A DNA stretch of 64,000 nucleotides from Octopus sinensis (GCF_006345805.1 NC_043014.1:3534001-3598000), one strand, 5' to 3'; numbered from the stretch's first letter, positions 27,171-41,842 are shown. Made by a program: numbers and translations. The notes: generated by a model not told the origin, from the sequence alone.

Positions 27171-28529
27171 ATTATTATATTTGATGGCATAAAAGTTCGC
27201 ACAGGCATATTAGGTGCACCCCAAATGCAATAAAGTATCATCATCATCATTGTTTAACAACCATCTCCCATACTAACATGGGTGGAACAGTTTCACAAGA
27301 GCCAGCCAGGCAGAAGCCGGCACCAGACTTCTGTGACTGTTTTTGGCAGGATTTTTACAGCCAGATGCCCTTCCTAACACCAATCACTCAACAGAGTGGA
27401 TTTAGTGCTTTTTATGTGGTACAAGCACAGGCGAGGTCAGTTTTGGCAAGGTTTTAACAGCTGGATGCCCCTCTGAACACCAAACACTTTACAGAGTGGA
27501 CTGGGTGCTTTTAAGTGGCACCTACACTGACAGGGTCACCAAGTACTTGCAAAACAAAAAAAATAAAAGTATATTCAAGAAAAAATGTTTTTAGTGCATT
27601 AAAGCCTGTAACAGAGACCTAGTTTGGCATAGGGGACCCGGGTGAATTTTTAAAACAAATTTTTGAGGGAAAAAGGAGCATCGTATGTACCAGATATAGT
27701 ACTAATTCTGGGAATAAAACTTAAAAAAGTAACTGGTTGTGATTTTAAAAAATTCTTTCTTTACAAACTTTGCAATTTCTCTCATGTACCCAAGGGTCTA
27801 TGCATACTGCATTTTGGGAGACCCAGGATTAAGAGATGAAATAAATTTTAAATTTCCACAAAAAACTATCATCTCTGGGTAGGATTTGAATTCAGTATCC
27901 GTGTGGGTGAATTAATTAGTGTAACGATGTTGTATACTGTTTCTGCTCAACTCACCTGATCTCTTAATTAAATGGAACAAAATTCCATATCACCTAAATT
28001 ATTTGCAATGACCTTCTCCTGCCAAACTTCACAAGAATTTGACATGTTGATCAAATAAATACCAGAGAATTTGACAGTTCAAAGATCCGTTCCACCATTA
28101 ACCATCACCACCATCACCGCCCACAACCAACACCACCCCCACAACCACCAGCACCACCACCACTACCATTAACATATGTAAACTTCACCAAAATTTTTAT
28201 GTTTTGTTTATTTTACTCTTGGGGGAGGTGGAGGGTGGCGGTGGGGGGGGTGGATAGGAATTGGGAAACTCTTAGCATAAAGATTGGTTATTCAACATGT
28301 GTATGTCTGTATGTCTGTATGTCTGTATGTATGTATGTATGTATGTGTGTACATATGTATGTATGTATGTATGTATGTATGAGTGTATGCATATATATGT
28401 GTGTGTGTATATATATATTTATATGCATATTAATATATGCATGTGTGTTTATATATGTGTATGTATGTATGTGTGTGTATATTTATATATGGATGTATGT
28501 ATGTATGTATGTATATATATATATATGTG

Positions 28530-29890
28530 GCACATAAAGACACCATCCGAAGACCCGGCGACGTAGTCAGTCACCTGTGCATACCTTCCCTCTTATGACC
28601 TTGTGAAGACCTGTTGAGGCAAGTGTGTGACACTTGTGAAGACCTGTTGAGGCAAGTGAAAATCAAACCAAATCAAAATAGATGAATATCAATGGAATTT
28701 GTATCTTTGTGGTTCCAGTACCGGTGGCACACAAGAAAACCATCCGAAGTGGCCGTAGCTGGTACCGCATCGACTGGCCTCCGTGCTGTGGGCACAACAA
28801 ACACCATCTGATCGTGGCCGTTCGCCAGCCTCACCTGGCACCTGTGTCGGTGGCACATAAAAAACACCATCCAAAGACCCGGCGACGTAGTCAGTCCACC
28901 TGTGCATACCTTCCTTCTTGTGACACTTGTGAAGACCTGTTGAGGCAGAGGCAAGTGTGTGACACTTGTGAAGACCTGTTGAGGCAGAGGCAAGTTGTGT
29001 GACACTTGTGGAGACCTGTTGAGGCAAGTGTGTGACACGCGTGACACTTGTGAAGACCTGTTGAGGCAAGTGAAAATCAAACCAAATCAAAATAGATGAA
29101 CATCAATGGAATTTGTATCTTTGTGGTTCCAGTACCGGTGGCACACAAGAAAACCATCCGATCGTGGCCGTTCGCCAGCCACATCTGGCACCTGTGTCGG
29201 TGGCACATAAAGAACCATCCGAAGACCCGGCGACGTAGACAGTCCACCTGTGCATACCTTCCCTCTTATGACACTTGTGAAGACCTGTTGAGGCAAGTGA
29301 AAATCAAATCAAATCAAAACAAATCAAAATAGATGAGCATAAATGGAATTTGTATCTTTGTGGTTCCAGTACCGGTGGCACACAAGAAAATCATCCGAAC
29401 GTGGCCGTAGCCAGTACCGCATAGACTGGCCTCCGTGCTTTGGGGACGTAACAAAACACCATCCGATCGTGGCCGTTCGCCAGCCTCACCTGGCACCTGT
29501 GTCGGTGGCACATAAAAACACCATCCGAGCGTGGCCGTCTGCCAGCCTCGTCTGGCACCTGCCAGCCTCATCTGGCACCTGTGTCGGTGGCACATAAAAA
29601 CACCATCCGAGCGTGGCCGTCTGCCAGCCTCGTCTGGCACCTGTGTCGGTGGCACATAAAAACACCATCCGAGCGTGGCCGTTCGCCAGCCTCGTCTGGC
29701 ACCTGTGTCGGTGGCACATAAAATCACCCACTACACTCTCTCGGAGTGGTTGGCGTTAGGAAGGGCATCCAGCTGTAGAAACACTGCCAGATCTGACTGG
29801 CCTGGTGCAGCCTTCGGGCTCCCCAGACCCCAGTTGAACCGTCCAACCCATGCTAGCATGGAAAACGGACGCTAAATGATGATGGATGAT
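28530..29890 (+). mobile_element. Expanded RTE 3' UTR copy with nested tandem duplications
   Basis: The segment GAAGACCTGTTGAGGCAAGTG...AATCAAAATAGATG recurs three times and the ~50-bp units repeat 5-6 times before the (GAT)n tail. Confidence 0.85.
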
Positions 29891-29984
29891 GATATATATA
29901 TATATAATATATATATATAATATATATATATATATATGCATGTGTCTATATGTGTATGTCTGTATGCATGCATGTATGTATGTG

Positions 29985-30032
<48 letters not shown>

Positions 30033-30473
30033 ATATATATGCATGTGTATATATGTGTATCTATGTGTATGTATATATATATATATAAATATGAGTATCC
30101 ATTTGTGTGTGTGTGTGTCGGTCAGTCACCTGAAAAGAGATAGAGAAGGAAAGATGAAAGGGAGGAGGAGGGGGAGGAGGTAGCAGTGGAGGAGGGGGCA
30201 GCGGAGGAGGAGGAGGATGCAGCGGAGGAGGAGGAGGAGGATGCAGCGGAGGAGGAGGAGGATGCAGCAACCGGGGTGGGGAGGGTGGTGTGTCGAAAGT
30301 AGATTGTATTCTCTTCGTTGGAGGGAATTGATACTTTCTTGCTGCCGACCCCTCCTGACTCCCGACAACTTAGTCCATCTGGATGTCAAATTGTACCACA
30401 GAGGCAACATCTGCAGCACGAGCAGCAGCAACCGTGCCTCTGTCTTTTACTCAGCTCTATAACCAAGTATTGT

Positions 30474-30860
30474 GGAGGCGCAATGGCCCAGTGGTTAGGG
30501 CAGCGGACTTGCGGTCATAGGATCGCGGTTTCGATTCCCAGACCGGGCGTTGTGAGTGTTTATTGAGCGAAAACACCTAAAAGCTCCACGAGGGTCCGGC
30601 ATGGAGTGGTGGTGATCCCTGCTGTACTCTTTCACCACAACTTTCTCTCACTCTTTCTTCCTGTTTCTGTTGTACCTGTATTTCAAAGGGCCGGCCTTGT
30701 CACTCTCTGTGTCACGCTGAATATCCCCGAGAACTACGTTAAGGGTGCACGTGTCTGTGGAGTGCTCAGCCACTTACACGTTAATTTCACGAGCAGGCTG
30801 TTCCGTTGATTCGGATCAACCGGAACCCTCATCGTCTTAACCGACGGAGTGCTTCCATCA
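30474..30860 (+). mobile_element. Chimeric SINE: family E tRNA head + family D body
   Basis: Head matches 11350-11525(-); 3' part matches 23795-23910 and 39200-39400. Confidence 0.8.
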
Positions 30861-31339
30861 ACAAAGTATTACCAAGATCTCTGATGGCCAAAGGACTTCC
30901 CTAGTTTCCTTGTCCTTACTTACTTTACTCTTTTACTCTTTACTTGTTTCAGTCATTTGACTGCGGCCATGCTGGAGCACTGCCTTTAGTCGAGCAAATC
31001 GACCCCGGGGACTTATTCTTTGTAAGCCCAGTACTTATTCTATCGGTCTCTTTTGCCGAACCGCTAAGTGACGGGGATGTAAACACACCAGCATCGGTTG
31101 TCAAGCAATGCTAGGGGCATAAACACAGACACACAAACATACACGCACACACACACACATATATATATACATATATACGACAGGCTTCTTTCAGTTTCCG
31201 TCTACCAAATCCACTCACAAGGCTTTGGTCGGCCCGAGGCTATAGTAGAAGACACTTGCCCAAGGTGCTACGCAGTGGGACTGAACCTGGAACCATGTGG
31301 TTGGTAAGCAAGCTATTTACAACACAGCCACTCCTGCGC

Positions 31340-31640
31340 CTATCTACCACACTGCTGTTAACTAGGATAGCTGGTCCCTCTGTTGGGTCCAGATTGGAAA
31401 AACCCTCTCCCTCCAATGCATTCTCCACATTTAGCAACCTTTCATAGTAGTCCTTCCATTCAACTTTCTTTTCATAATCACAGAGTTGAAGAGCACCATT
31501 ATCCTTCCCCCCCACACACACACACACACACTTCTCACCCCCAACGTCTCGATTCTCTCTGATACACGGTTTTGCAATCCAGAACACTTCACATCTCTGA
31601 TCCTCACAATGCAGAACACTGGAAACCCTCTAACTTTCTG
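31340..31640 (-). mobile_element. Internal RTE-type LINE fragment
   Basis: KKVEWKDYYERLLNVEN resembles the W..YFE.LLN motif upstream of RTE reverse transcriptase. Confidence 0.55.
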
Positions 31641-31743
31641 CTTCCGCCTTTACTAGGTAAGCCTGTCACCTATTATCACTTGTCTACACGCATATATATA
31701 TATACATACACCCACACATGTATGTATGTATTTGTGTAATGTT

Positions 31744-31782
<39 letters not shown>

Positions 31783-32539
31783 GCATGTATACATAAATAT
31801 CATCATCATCATCATCGTCATTTAGCGTCCGCTTTCCACGCTAGCATGGATTGGACGGTTCAACTGGGGTCTGGGAAGCCAGAAGGCTGCTTCAGGCCCA
31901 GTATGATCTGGCAGAGTTTCTACGGCTGGATGCCCTTCCTAATGCCAACCACTCCGTGAGTGTAGTGGGTGCTTTTTACGTGCCACCCGCACAGGTGCCA
32001 GACGGGGCTGGCAAAACGGCCACGGACAGATGGTGCTTTTTACGTGCCACCGGCACGGGGGCCAGGCGAGGCTGGCATCGGCCACGATCGGATGGTGCTT
32101 TTTACGTGCCACCGGCACGGAGGCCAGTCGGGGTGGCGCTGGCAATGGCCACGATCGGATGGTTTGCTTACTTGTCACCGGCACTGGTATCACAGCTGCA
32201 ATTTCCATTGATGTTGATCAACTTCGATTTTGGTTCTGCTTTCTGAATATCTGATATGATTTGATTTGATTTTGATTTGGATTTGGATATGTATGTATAT
32301 ATTTATTTCTTTATTACCCACAAGGGGCTAAACATAGAAGGGACAAACAAGGACAGACATAGGTATTAACTCGATTACATCGACCCCAGTGCGTAACTGG
32401 TACTTAATTTATCGACCCCGAAAGGATGAAAGGTAAAGTCGACCTCAGCGGAATTTGAACTCACAACGTAACGGCAGACGAAATACCGCTAAGTATTTCG
32501 CCCGACATGCTAACGTTTCTACCAGCTCTCTGCCTATGT

Positions 32540-33225
32540 ATATATTGTTGGACATAAGAAGCAGCAGATGTGGTGTGCAAGAGAGAGGACTGTGCTGGTA
32601 GGGTCATGTGTTGCATATAAAAAAGTGTCCCACCCTAGCAGTGAGGGAACCTGTGGAAGAGGTAGACCCAGAAAGACCTGGGATGAGGTGGTGAAGCATG
32701 ACCTTTGAACGCTGGGCCTCACAGAGGTGATGACAAGTCACTGAGACCTTTGGAGATACGCTGTGCTTGAGAAAACCCGGCAAGCCAAGTGGGACCATAA
32801 CTGTGACCTATGCCAGTGCTGCATAACTAGCCTGTTTAAGGGTACCCTTCAATCATTGGGCAATAAACTATGCTTGTGAAGACCTGCTGAGTCATGTGAA
32901 GTCATTGTCGTGGCTGATGTCAGTACTGCCTGACTGGCACATAAAAAGTACCATTCGAGCATGGTCAATACCAGTGCTGTCGACTGGTCCTGTGCCAGTA
33001 GCACATAAAAAGCACCATTCGAACATGGTCGTGGCCAGTACCGCTGGACTGGCCCTCATGCCGGTGGCATGCAAAAAGCACCCTTGAGTGGCTGGTATTA
33101 GGAAGGGCATCCAGCTGTAAAAACCTTGCCAGGTCAGATTGGAGCCTGGTGCAGCCTTTTGGCTTACCAGCCCTCAGTCAAACCATCCAACCCATACCAG
33201 CATGGAAAGCAGATGATGATAATGA
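32540..33225 (+). mobile_element. Decayed RTE-clade LINE 3' end (C-terminus + 3' UTR + tail)
   Basis: Homologous to 18250-18950. Confidence 0.8.
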
Positions 33226-33433
33226 TGATATATATATGTATTTTTGTGTGTGTCTGTGTATGCATCGTGGATAGGAAAGCCTTCTTTTTTCTATCAAGGG
33301 CTTATATGCTCCTTTATTAGGCTATTTTCCTTAGTCATTGCATGGGGATTGCCATCAGCTTCAAGCTTATATAAAAATACCATTATTATTATTTACAGCA
33401 CCGTAATAAAAAACCATTTCCACTGCAATCATA

Positions 33434-33481
<48 letters not shown>

Positions 33482-33483
33482 TA

Positions 33484-33660
33484 AATTAGAGATAAAACCA
33501 CTATTAGGCAAATCATACAATGAAAAACTTAAGCCAATACACGTATATATTTTTTAAATAATTTTGTTATATATTTAAATAATATAAATTAAATAATCTT
33601 ATGTATTGGCTTAAGTTTTTCATTGTATGATTTGCCTAATAGTGGTTTTGTCTCTAATTT
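33484..33660. repeat. ~57-bp inverted repeat (AAATTAGAGATAAAACCACTATTAGGCAAATC...); the same terminus starts the element at 63190
   Basis: Arms ~33484-33539 and ~33603-33660, one mismatch seen. Confidence 0.85.
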
Positions 33661-33748
33661 AATATAATATAATATTTTACTATAAAATTGGATTCAATCC
33701 TAAATCTGATTTTTCCCTGTAACTTTGGATTTATTCCCTAATATTTAT

Positions 33749-33789
<41 letters not shown>

Positions 33790-33795
<6 letters not shown>

Positions 33796-34115
33796 ATAGA
33801 AGTGGCAAGACAACAAAAGAATGAAAGAGACCTCGATATTATGTAAATAGAGGAATTTATCTGTAAAATAATATGCGACAATTATTTGGTTGCCATAATA
33901 AAACTCCGAGGTTCGGATGTCAGGGTGGAAATCTCATCGATTATTAAGACAAAACAAAGATGCTAAGGAAATGACCGTTAAACAAAAGTAAATTACAATG
34001 AAGTTGACCGTTATTAAGACAAACAAAAGAGTTATTAGAATGACCGTTAAGTAAAGGGAAAGAACGAGAAAGGGGCGAAAGTAAAAACTGCTCATAGGAT
34101 TCGTGTACGCGTGCA
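33790..34115 (-). mobile_element. Probable Penelope-like terminal remnant
   Basis: Sits in (TA)n and has internal short repeats; minus strand has a degenerate C-GATGA-GAT...ATC-CGAAC core at ~33905-33945. Confidence 0.35.
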
Positions 34116-34193
34116 TGTACATATATACACATGCGTACATACACACCCACATTATATATATTATATATGTATATATGATGATGATGATGATGA

Positions 34194-34236
<43 letters not shown>

Positions 34237-35118
34237 GCTGAAATTGATGGGTGAGCGTTTGGTCCAATTGGCTGTGCAAGGAGCCATGTTAGCATTGGTA
34301 TGTGGGTTCAATTCTGGCTGGGCTTAGTATCATCATTTTTCAGACATTTGTTTGCATTTAAAAATTGTTGCTTCAAATCAGAGAATATATATTATTATGC
34401 AATAATAAATCTTTGAACGAGATGTAAACAGTAACCGCTCGAGTGACAGTGGTTACTGGGAAAAACATTAAATAGATATTCGCAAACAGGTCTCTCCTCA
34501 TCAAAAACCGGTGATTACCGTGCGTTGACAAACGACAAAAATCTCGAAACTGCAGTCCATGCGTATCACTTAGGTTTACGAGAGGGGATGACCTCCCTTT
34601 GCAAATATCATAAGGGCACGGAAAGTATGCCTAAAGCCAGCTGGAGACGATGATCTCCTGGGGCTAAAAAGCTACAGTAACACCCACCCTTAGTGGTTAG
34701 CCATATTGAGATGGCTAGTATACTTTATATTATTATTATATTATGATATATTATTATACTGTTGTGTGTGTTGTATAGAGAAGGGAATACAAAATTCCTG
34801 TTTTTGTTGTCACTGCAGCCACTACCATCACCATGGCCACTGTGGCTGCCATCTTCTACTTTTCTTCCACCCCTTCCTTTTCCTCCCTCCTCCTCATCCT
34901 CCTCGTCCTACTCCACCTCCTCCTCCACTTCAGGTGATTGACCGATATTTATATTTAGTTGGTCTTTTGCAGTCCTCATGTCACACATCCTTTCAGCAAA
35001 GCCAAATATGCATGTTTATACATTCATATATACATACACACACACACACACACACAAACACAAACACATACACACACACACACACAAACACACACACATA
35101 CACACACACATACACACA

Positions 35119-35159
<41 letters not shown>

Positions 35160-35269
35160 CCACACACATACACATGTGCATGCCACACCACACACACACA
35201 CACACACACAACACACACAAACACAGAGAACACCAGAGGAAACATTTTTTCATTATATAAATTTTTCCA

Positions 35270-35316
<47 letters not shown>

Positions 35317-35627
35317 AAAAATTATACAAAAATGTATAAAAATGTATAAATAGGTGATGAGTAAAGCACCAACACAGTTTAGATTACCTGTTGTTACCTG
35401 TAGATTAACTTCAGGAACTTCACTATGGTGGTTGGGGTAATAGTATTAACAAAGGGAAATTATTTTCCTCCTCCAGGAATTCTCCAGAGCATTCAGGAAA
35501 ATCCATTTGCTGTGTGTTCTTTGTGCCTATTGTCCCTGCACATCAGCCACACCAAAACTATTTCCTCATTTAACTTCCATGTGATGCTGTGCAGTGTATG
35601 TGCAGTGTATGTATGAATATGTCTTCA

Positions 35628-36005
35628 CATGAATCGAAATCGATCAATGGAAATTGCAGATGTGTTACCAGTGCCGGTGGCATGTCGAAACTCTACTTGT
35701 GAAGACCCGTTGAGGCAAGTGAGGATCAGAATCGGAATCGATCAATGGAAATCGATCAATGGAAATTGCAGATGTGTTACCAGTGCCGATGGCATGTCGA
35801 AACTCTACTTGTGAAGACCCGTTGAGGCAAGTGAGGATCAGAATCGGAATCGATCAATGGAAATCGATCAATGGAAATTGCAGATGTGTTACCAGTGCCG
35901 GTGGCATGTCGAAACTCTACTTGTGAAGACCCGTTGAGGCAAGTGAGGATCAGAATCGGAATCGATCAATGGAAATTGCAGATGTGTTACCAGTGCCGGT
36001 GGCAT
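35628..36005 (+). repeat. Three tandem copies (112/112/98 bp) of an RTE-3'-UTR-derived segment, fused to a family A SINE
   Basis: CGATCAATGGAAATTGCAGA recurs at 35641, 35753, 35865 and 35963. Confidence 0.9.
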
Positions 36006-36889
36006 GTAAGAGAACCTTCTGTTTCGCAACCATTGCCAGCACCGCCTTTAGTCGAGCAAATCGACCCCGGGACATATTCTTTGTAATCCCAGTACTTATT
36101 CTATCGGTCTCTTTTGCCGAACCGCTAAGTTACGGGTACATAAACACACCAGCATCAGTTGTCAAGCGATGTTGGGAGTACAAACACTGACACACAAACA
36201 CACACATATACATATATATATACATATACGACGGGCATCTTTCAGTTTCCGTCTACCAAATCCACTCACAAGACTTTGGTCGGCCCAAGGCTATAGTAGA
36301 AGACAGTTGCCCAAGGTGCCACGCAGTGGGACTGAACCTGGAAGCATGTGGTTGGTAAGCAAGCTACTTACCACACAGCCACTACTACGCCTATATATAT
36401 ATATATATATATATATATACTTATATGATGGGCTTCTTTCAGTTTCCGTCTACCAAATCCACTCACAAGGCTTTGGTCGACCCATGGCTATAGTAGAAGA
36501 CGCTTGCCCAAGGTGCCACGCAGTGGGACTGAACCGGGAACCATGTGGTTGGTAAGCAAGCTACTTACCACACAGCCACTCCATATATATATATACAAGA
36601 AAAGTCAAAAATTATCTGCACTTTGGCCACAACATATTTATTGTCACACTGCTTTCTGCACATGCATTGGTACTATTGTGGTCATGTGACTAAAGTTTGA
36701 GCCTGGCACAAGGCAAGGGATAAGTCAATTACATCGACCCCAGTACGCAACTGGTACTTAATTTATCAGTCCCGAAAGGATGAAAGGCAAAGTCGAACTT
36801 GGCAGAATTTGAACTCAGAACATAAAGACATATGAAATAACGCTATGCATTTTGCCCAGCATACTAACAATTCTGCCAGCTCACTACCG

Positions 36890-36922
<33 letters not shown>

Positions 36923-37214
36923 CAACAACAACAACAACAATGATGGTTTCAAATTTTTCCACCAGGGCAGCAATTTTAGGGGAGGGGATGAGTTAATTAT
37001 ATTGACCCCGGTGTCTCACTGGTACTCAATTTATTGACCCCAGAAAGGATGAAAGAGGCAAAGTCAACCTCAGCGGAATTTGATCTCAGAACATAGCGAC
37101 AGGTGAAATACCACCTATTTATACATTTTTGTATAATTTTTCCATCATATATATATATATATATATATCATGGAAAAAATTATATAATGAAAAAATGTTT
37201 CCTATGGTGTTCTC

Positions 37215-37245
<31 letters not shown>

Positions 37246-37968
37246 GCGTGCGTGTGTGTGTGTATGTGTGTGTGTATGTATGTGTGTGTGTGTATGTGTG
37301 TGTTTGTGTGTGTGTGTATGTGTGTGTGTGTTTGTGTGTGTGTTTGCAAACAATTCTGTTTTAATAATAATAATAATAATAATAATAATAGTAATAATAA
37401 TTATTATTATCATTTCAAATTTTTGCCACAAGGGTAGCATGGGAGAGATGGAGTTGAGTCAATTACATTCAACCTCAGTGTTTAACTGGTACTTATTTAA
37501 TTGACCCCAAAAGGATAAAAGGCAAAGATGACCTCAGCGGAATTTGAACTCTGGAATGTAGTGACAAGTGAAATACCACTAAGCATTTCGTCCAGCGTGC
37601 TAACGATTCTGCCAGCACACCACCTTAATAACAATGATAATGCTAATAACAATAATAATGACGATGATAATAATAATAATAATAGTGGTAATAATCTTCT
37701 AAACGTGCACCTGTCTTTGGACACTAACAATATGAAGATTCTTCCTTAGAGAACTCGAGTATAAAGGCTGTTTACCTTTGCTTATGTTAAATATACAAAT
37801 TGTGTATATAGAGACCAGGGGTTGTATAATGTGTTTTGGGCTGAGAGGATCCATTCATTGCAAGAAGAAATAACACCAGAGGTATGTTGATGATGATGAT
37901 GGTGGTGGTGGTGGTGGTGGTGGTGGTGGTGGTGATGATGGTGGTGGTGGTGGTGGTGGTGGTGGTGG

Positions 37969-38002
<34 letters not shown>

Positions 38003-38389
38003 GGTGGTGGTGTGGTGGTGGTGGTGGTGATGATGATGGTGGTGGTGGTGGTGGTGATGATGATGATAATGGTGGTGGTGGTGGTGGTGGTGATGATGAT
38101 GATGATGATGATGATGGTGATGATGGTGTGGTGGTGGTGGTGGTGGTGTTGGTGATGATGGTGATGATGATGGTGGTGATGATGATGATGCGGATGGTAG
38201 TGGTGATGATGGTGATGATGATGATGATGATGATGATCGTGGTGGTGGTGCTGGTGAGAAGGAAGATAAAAAAACAACAACAATAAGATAATGAATGACT
38301 GAATGAATGAATAGCTGTTATGTTGCGTGGGGCGTGGGTGGAACTAAAAGGGGAAGGAATTGGAGTGAAATGTACTCTCTTTCTCTCTT

Positions 38390-38429
<40 letters not shown>

Positions 38430-38430
<1 letters not shown>

Positions 38431-38770
38431 TTCTTTCTCATTCACATACTCATATGTACACACACAAGCATACATATGTAAGTATGAGTGTGTGTATATA
38501 TATGTGTGTGTGAGTGTGTAAATTTGTGTATGTGTGTGTGTGCATGTACACACACAAGCATACATATGTAAGTATGTGTACATATATGTGTGTGTGTGTG
38601 TGTATGTAGATTTGTGTATGTGTGTGTGTGTGTGCATGTACACACACAAGCATACATATGTAAGTATGTGTACATATATGTGTGTGTGTGTGTGTATGTA
38701 GATTTGTGTATGTGTGTGTGTGTGTGCATGTACACACACAAGCATACATATGTAAGTATGTGTATATATA
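38430..38770. repeat. Microsatellite-derived minisatellite (~60-90 bp units containing TGCATGTACACACACAAGCATACATATGTAAGTATG)
   Basis: Four copies visible. Confidence 0.85.
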
Positions 38771-40099
38771 TATATGTGTATGTGTGTGTGTATGTAGAAT
38801 TGTGTATGTCTGTGTGTGTGTGTGTAGATTTGTGTATGTGAGTATGTGCATGTGTATGTGTGTGCATGTCATGTATGTGTATGAGAGTGAGTACATGTGT
38901 GTATGTATATACCAGTGTATGCATGTGTGTATGTGTGCATGGCCAGCCCTTGCCTGTCTCCAGGTGAGGAGGCTAGATCTCCCCAATTGCCAAAAATGGT
39001 TTTACGGATTATAAATGTATGTCGTTGTCTGCACGACAGAGACACACGTTTATAACTTGTCACACAATGCCAAAGGAAGGGGCTTAGTGGTTAGGGCGTT
39101 CGGCTCATGATCGTAAGGTCCTGAGTTCAATCCCCGGCGATACATTGTGTCCTTGAGCAAGACACTTTATTTCACGTTGCCCCAGTCCACTCGGCTGGCA
39201 AAAATGAGTAGGACCTGTATTTCAAAGGGGCCACAATTGTCACACTCTGTGTCACACTGAATCTATCTCCCCGAGAACTTTGTTAAGGGTACACGTGTCT
39301 ATGGAGTACTCAGCCACTTGCAGGTTAATTTCACGAGCAAGCTGTTCCATTGATCAGATCAACTGGAACCCTCATTGTCGTAACCGATGGAGTGCTCCTT
39401 TCTTTTTCATATATGTATGTATGTATGTATGCCTGTATATTTATTTCTTTACTACCCACAAGGGACTAAACACAGAGGGGACAAACAAGGACAGACAAAG
39501 GGATTAAGTCGATTATATCAACTCCAGTGCGTAACTGGTACTTATTTAATTGACTCCGAAAGGATGAAAGGCAAAGTCGACCTTGGCGGAATTTGAACTC
39601 AGAACGTAACGACAGACGAAATACCTATTTCTTTACTACCCACAAGGGACTAAACACAGAGGGGACAAACAAGGACAGACAAAGGGATTAAGTCTATTAC
39701 ATCGACCCCAGTGCATAACTGGTACTTATTTAATCGACCCCGAAAGGATGAAAGGCAAAGTCGACCTCGGCGGAATTTGAACTCAGAACATAACGGCAGA
39801 CGAAATACGGCTACACTATTCGCCCGGCGCGCTAACGTGTCTGCCAGCTCGCCGCCTTAGCATGCCTGTATATATGTGTACATACGTCTGTATGTATGTC
39901 TTAAGGACACGGCAGTTAAATGGAGTTCTGTCTTATTCTAAACAGTAATTGCTAAGGGAAACAAAACAAAGTAGACCATTAACAGTTAAAGTAAATACAG
40001 ACTGACATAATTAAGTATATTCTAGAGAACAGTGGCATTATCGCTGTGTAAACATTGCCGGAATATTCTGTCATAATATTTATTTAAAAAACAAAAGCC

Positions 40100-40862
40100 G
40101 GATCTTTTCGGTTTGAACGGCAGTTTTTAACATAATTTCTAGGTAACTAAACACTTTTAAACTTCGTATACTGGTGGAATGTGTTTATAAAACATCTTTT
40201 TCTCTTGACTTTCTTGAGAAAATTCTGTAGTTTCTAAGATATTTCGTCTTTAATTTCTTGCATTTCGGCAATTTCAACCAATCAATGACCGTCTATTGAG
40301 GTAAAAAGCATTCTGTGCCGTATGAAAATGTCCCTCGTTTAAGAAACAGATTGGGTTTATTTACATTCGTGAAGAAAAAAAGATACCCTTCCCCCACCCC
40401 TAACCCTAACCCTAACAAACCCTAACTAACCCTAACCCTAAAACAGATTGAAATGCAATTGATCGATACTAGGGTCATAATTATGGGTGACTATTTCATA
40501 TGACACCGCTAGAGAAAACAGCAGTTTTTTCTAGCGGTGTCATAGGGTTAGGGTTAGAGTTAGGGGTGGGGGAAGGGTATCTCTTTTTTTCTTCACAAAT
40601 GTAAATAAACCCATTCTGTTTCTTAAACGAGGGACATATTCATACGGCACAAAATGCTTTTTACCTCAATGGACGTCAGTAATTGGTTGAAATTGCCGAA
40701 ATGCGAGAAAAAAACAACAAATATCTTACAAACTACAGAATTTTCTCAATAAAGCCAAGAGAAAAGATGTTTTATAAACACATTCTACCAGTATACGAAG
40801 TTTAAAATTTTTTAGTTACCTAGAAATTATGTTAAAAACTGCCGTTCAAACCGAAAAGATCC
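40100..40862. mobile_element. 763-bp MITE with long TIRs, Merlin-type termini
   Basis: GGATCTTTTCGGTTTGAACGGCAG... inverted at both ends over ~330 bp; exact 8-bp TSD CAAAAGCC (40092-40099 and 40863-40870); internal (TAACCC)n / (GGGTTA)n. Confidence 0.85.
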
Positions 40863-41195
40863 CAAAAGCCAGGTTTATAATTAAATGAACAACAGTCTCT
40901 GAGATAAGTAAGGCAACTCTTGATGTTACCCGTGGAATCAGGATAAATAATCGTTAAGAATAATATTTAAGTCCTTAGCCTGGCTCAGAAATAATTTAGA
41001 GAATATGGGATCGATAAGCAGGATCGGTTTAATTGTCCTCGATATTTATTTATTCATTTAGAAGTTCGATTTTTATTGTTTTATTGTTATCATTTGTATG
41101 AAAGCAAGTCAAAGTGAATCTTGTCTAGACTTGAAGACAGTGCGTCAAGGGAGATAACCTTGAGTACCGCAAACTGTTCACTTATGCTTTCCTCT

Positions 41196-41412
41196 GTCAT
41201 ATATATTATATTATATTATATCATATTATGTTATATTATATTATGTTATATTATATTATATCATATTATGTTATATTATATTATGTTATATTATATTATA
41301 TCATATTATGTTATATTATATTATGTTATATTATATTATATCATATTATGTTATATTATATTATGTTATATTATATTATATCATATTATGTTATATTATA
41401 TTATATTATATT
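41196..41412. repeat. (ATATT)n-derived 40-bp higher-order repeat
   Basis: TCATATTATG recurs at 41221, 41261, 41301, 41341 and 41381. Confidence 0.93.
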
Positions 41413-41842
41413 ACTAGCAGTATCGCCCGGCGTTGCTCGGGTTTGTAAGGGAAATAACTATATAAGCATTTTTAGAGAGTTATAGCCAAAAAATAGCAAA
41501 AAAATGCATTAAAAATGGAAAAAAAATTATGGTAAAGTTTTTTTAAAATCGTTGAATCATCGTAGACATTTTTAGAGAGTTACTTCCCTTATATAATAGC
41601 GAAAAAATGCATTAAAATGAAAAAAATGATGGTAATTTTTTTTTTAAATCGTAGACTCATCGTAGACGCGCGCTAATACCCAGAAGGGCTCGATATGAAT
41701 CACGACTATAAGATACCCGGTTTTGGCTAAACTGCACCGCAAAATGTGGGAGTAGTTAGGAATCTAAATCGTAGGAGACAGACACACAACTTGACTTTTA
41801 TATATAAAGATATTATATTATATTATATTATATTATATTGTA

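Noticed and set aside
40395-40577. Relic telomere or chromosome-fusion site from inverted TAACCC/GGGTTA blocks
   Set aside because: The blocks are symmetric parts of MITE TIRs bounded by an exact 8-bp TSD.
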